DNA of 64,000 bases from an uncultured Acidimicrobiaceae bacterium (lineage in GTDB: Bacteria; Actinomycetota; Acidimicrobiia; Acidimicrobiales; RAAP-2). The notes under the pieces were generated by a model. The model did no database searches. It was not told where the DNA came from and saw nothing but the letters and a program-made list of their open reading frames with translations. This document shows positions 63,621-64,000 of this stretch, in pieces. The stretch lies in NCBI GenBank assembly GCA_963701325.1, contig OY969604.1:13710-77709 (forward strand), given 5' to 3'. The position numbers were made by a program, and so were the translations under genes. Positions within the stretch are counted from its first letter, which is position 1, and each line of letters begins with the position of its first letter.

Positions 63621-64000
63621 TCAGCGTCCGGTGAGCAGCCGGTGCCGCCGCTCCTGTTCCTCTTCGTAGGCGGACTGCTCGGCAGCGTCGGCGGCGGCGG
63701 TGCCCTCGTCGGAGATGCGCATCAGCAGCGCAATGAGGATGTAGTTGGCGATGAGCGCGGAGCCGCCGTAGGAGACGAAGGGAAGGGTGATCCCGGTGAG
63801 GGGGAGGAGCCGGACCACCCCCCCAATGATGAAGAAGGCCTGGAAGCCGAGGATGATGGTGAGCCCGGCCGCGGTCAGCTTGGCGAACTCCGAGCGGGCC
63901 GCCTGAGCGATGCGCAAGCCGGCACCGACCAGCAGGAGGAAGGCGACCACGACCATGGTCGAGCCGAGCAGTCCCATCTCCTCCCCGATGGCGGCGAAGA
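63621..64000 (-). CDS. Second SEDS-family protein (FtsW/RodA/SpoVE), C-terminal part only; the N-terminus lies beyond the window end
   Basis: The frame stays open to base 64000 (..FAAIGEEMGLLGSTMVVVAFLLL...LPLTGITLPFVSYGGSALIANYILIALLMRIS). Stop at 63621. Confidence 0.85.
   Translation of the reverse strand, partial: FAAIGEEMGLLGSTMVVVAFLLLVGAGLRIAQAARSEFAKLTAAGLTIILGFQAFFIIGGVVRLLPLTGITLPFVSYGGSALIANYILIALLMRISDEGTAAADAAEQSAYEEEQERRHRLLTGR

Overview
High-GC (by eye roughly two-thirds to 70% G+C) actinobacterial chromosomal segment. It is densely coding (about 60 genes), and I found no rRNA, tRNA, CRISPR array, transposase or integrase. Lineage markers are the mycothiol ligase mshC, F420-linked enzymes and the phosphatidylinositol-mannoside (PIM) operon. 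Bases ~25-64 kb form a housekeeping backbone collinear, from memory, with the mycobacterial Rv2614c-Rv2552c region. The order is thrS-HIT-pgsA1-patA-[PAS/GGDEF]-pimA, an M48 peptidase, marR/yceI, pdxS-pdxT, yebC, ruvC-ruvA-ruvB, queA-tgt, yajC-secD-secF, rel, hisS, aspS, rarA, a large secreted S53 peptidase, DUF948, and alaS-ruvX-mltG-aroE. It ends with a SEDS (RodA/FtsW) gene coupled to a BFN-domain gene and a second, convergent SEDS gene cut by the window end. Bases ~1-24 kb are metabolic or accessory. They hold a PrmC-like methyltransferase, an enoyl-CoA hydratase plus LLM/F420 oxidoreductase, a CadI/ArsI-aquaporin-flavoprotein operon with a divergent ArsR, a cupin plus a large hypothetical gene, stand-alone cNMP and CBS sensor proteins, a 5-gene peptide ABC importer, TetR-nitronate monooxygenase, an aldehyde dehydrogenase, ACAD-SDR-SnoaL-FabI, an F420 reductase and mshC. 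Main observations: (1) Seven conserved genes, including essential alaS and ruvA, are each broken by a single extra base. All seven are +1 insertions, which points to systematic assembly error rather than decay. (2) A PAS x3-GGDEF diguanylate cyclase is inserted into, and start/stop-coupled within, the otherwise conserved PIM biosynthesis operon. (3) A 1042-aa secreted S53 (sedolisin) peptidase carries two IPT/TIG domains and six near-identical 42-aa (126-nt) tandem repeats. (4) An M48 peptidase has a ~150-aa Gly/Ser/Arg disordered N-terminus encoded partly by a (TCC)n microsatellite. (5) A metal/arsenic-type island lacks the usual efflux and reductase genes. Many adjacent gene pairs overlap by ATGA/GTGA.
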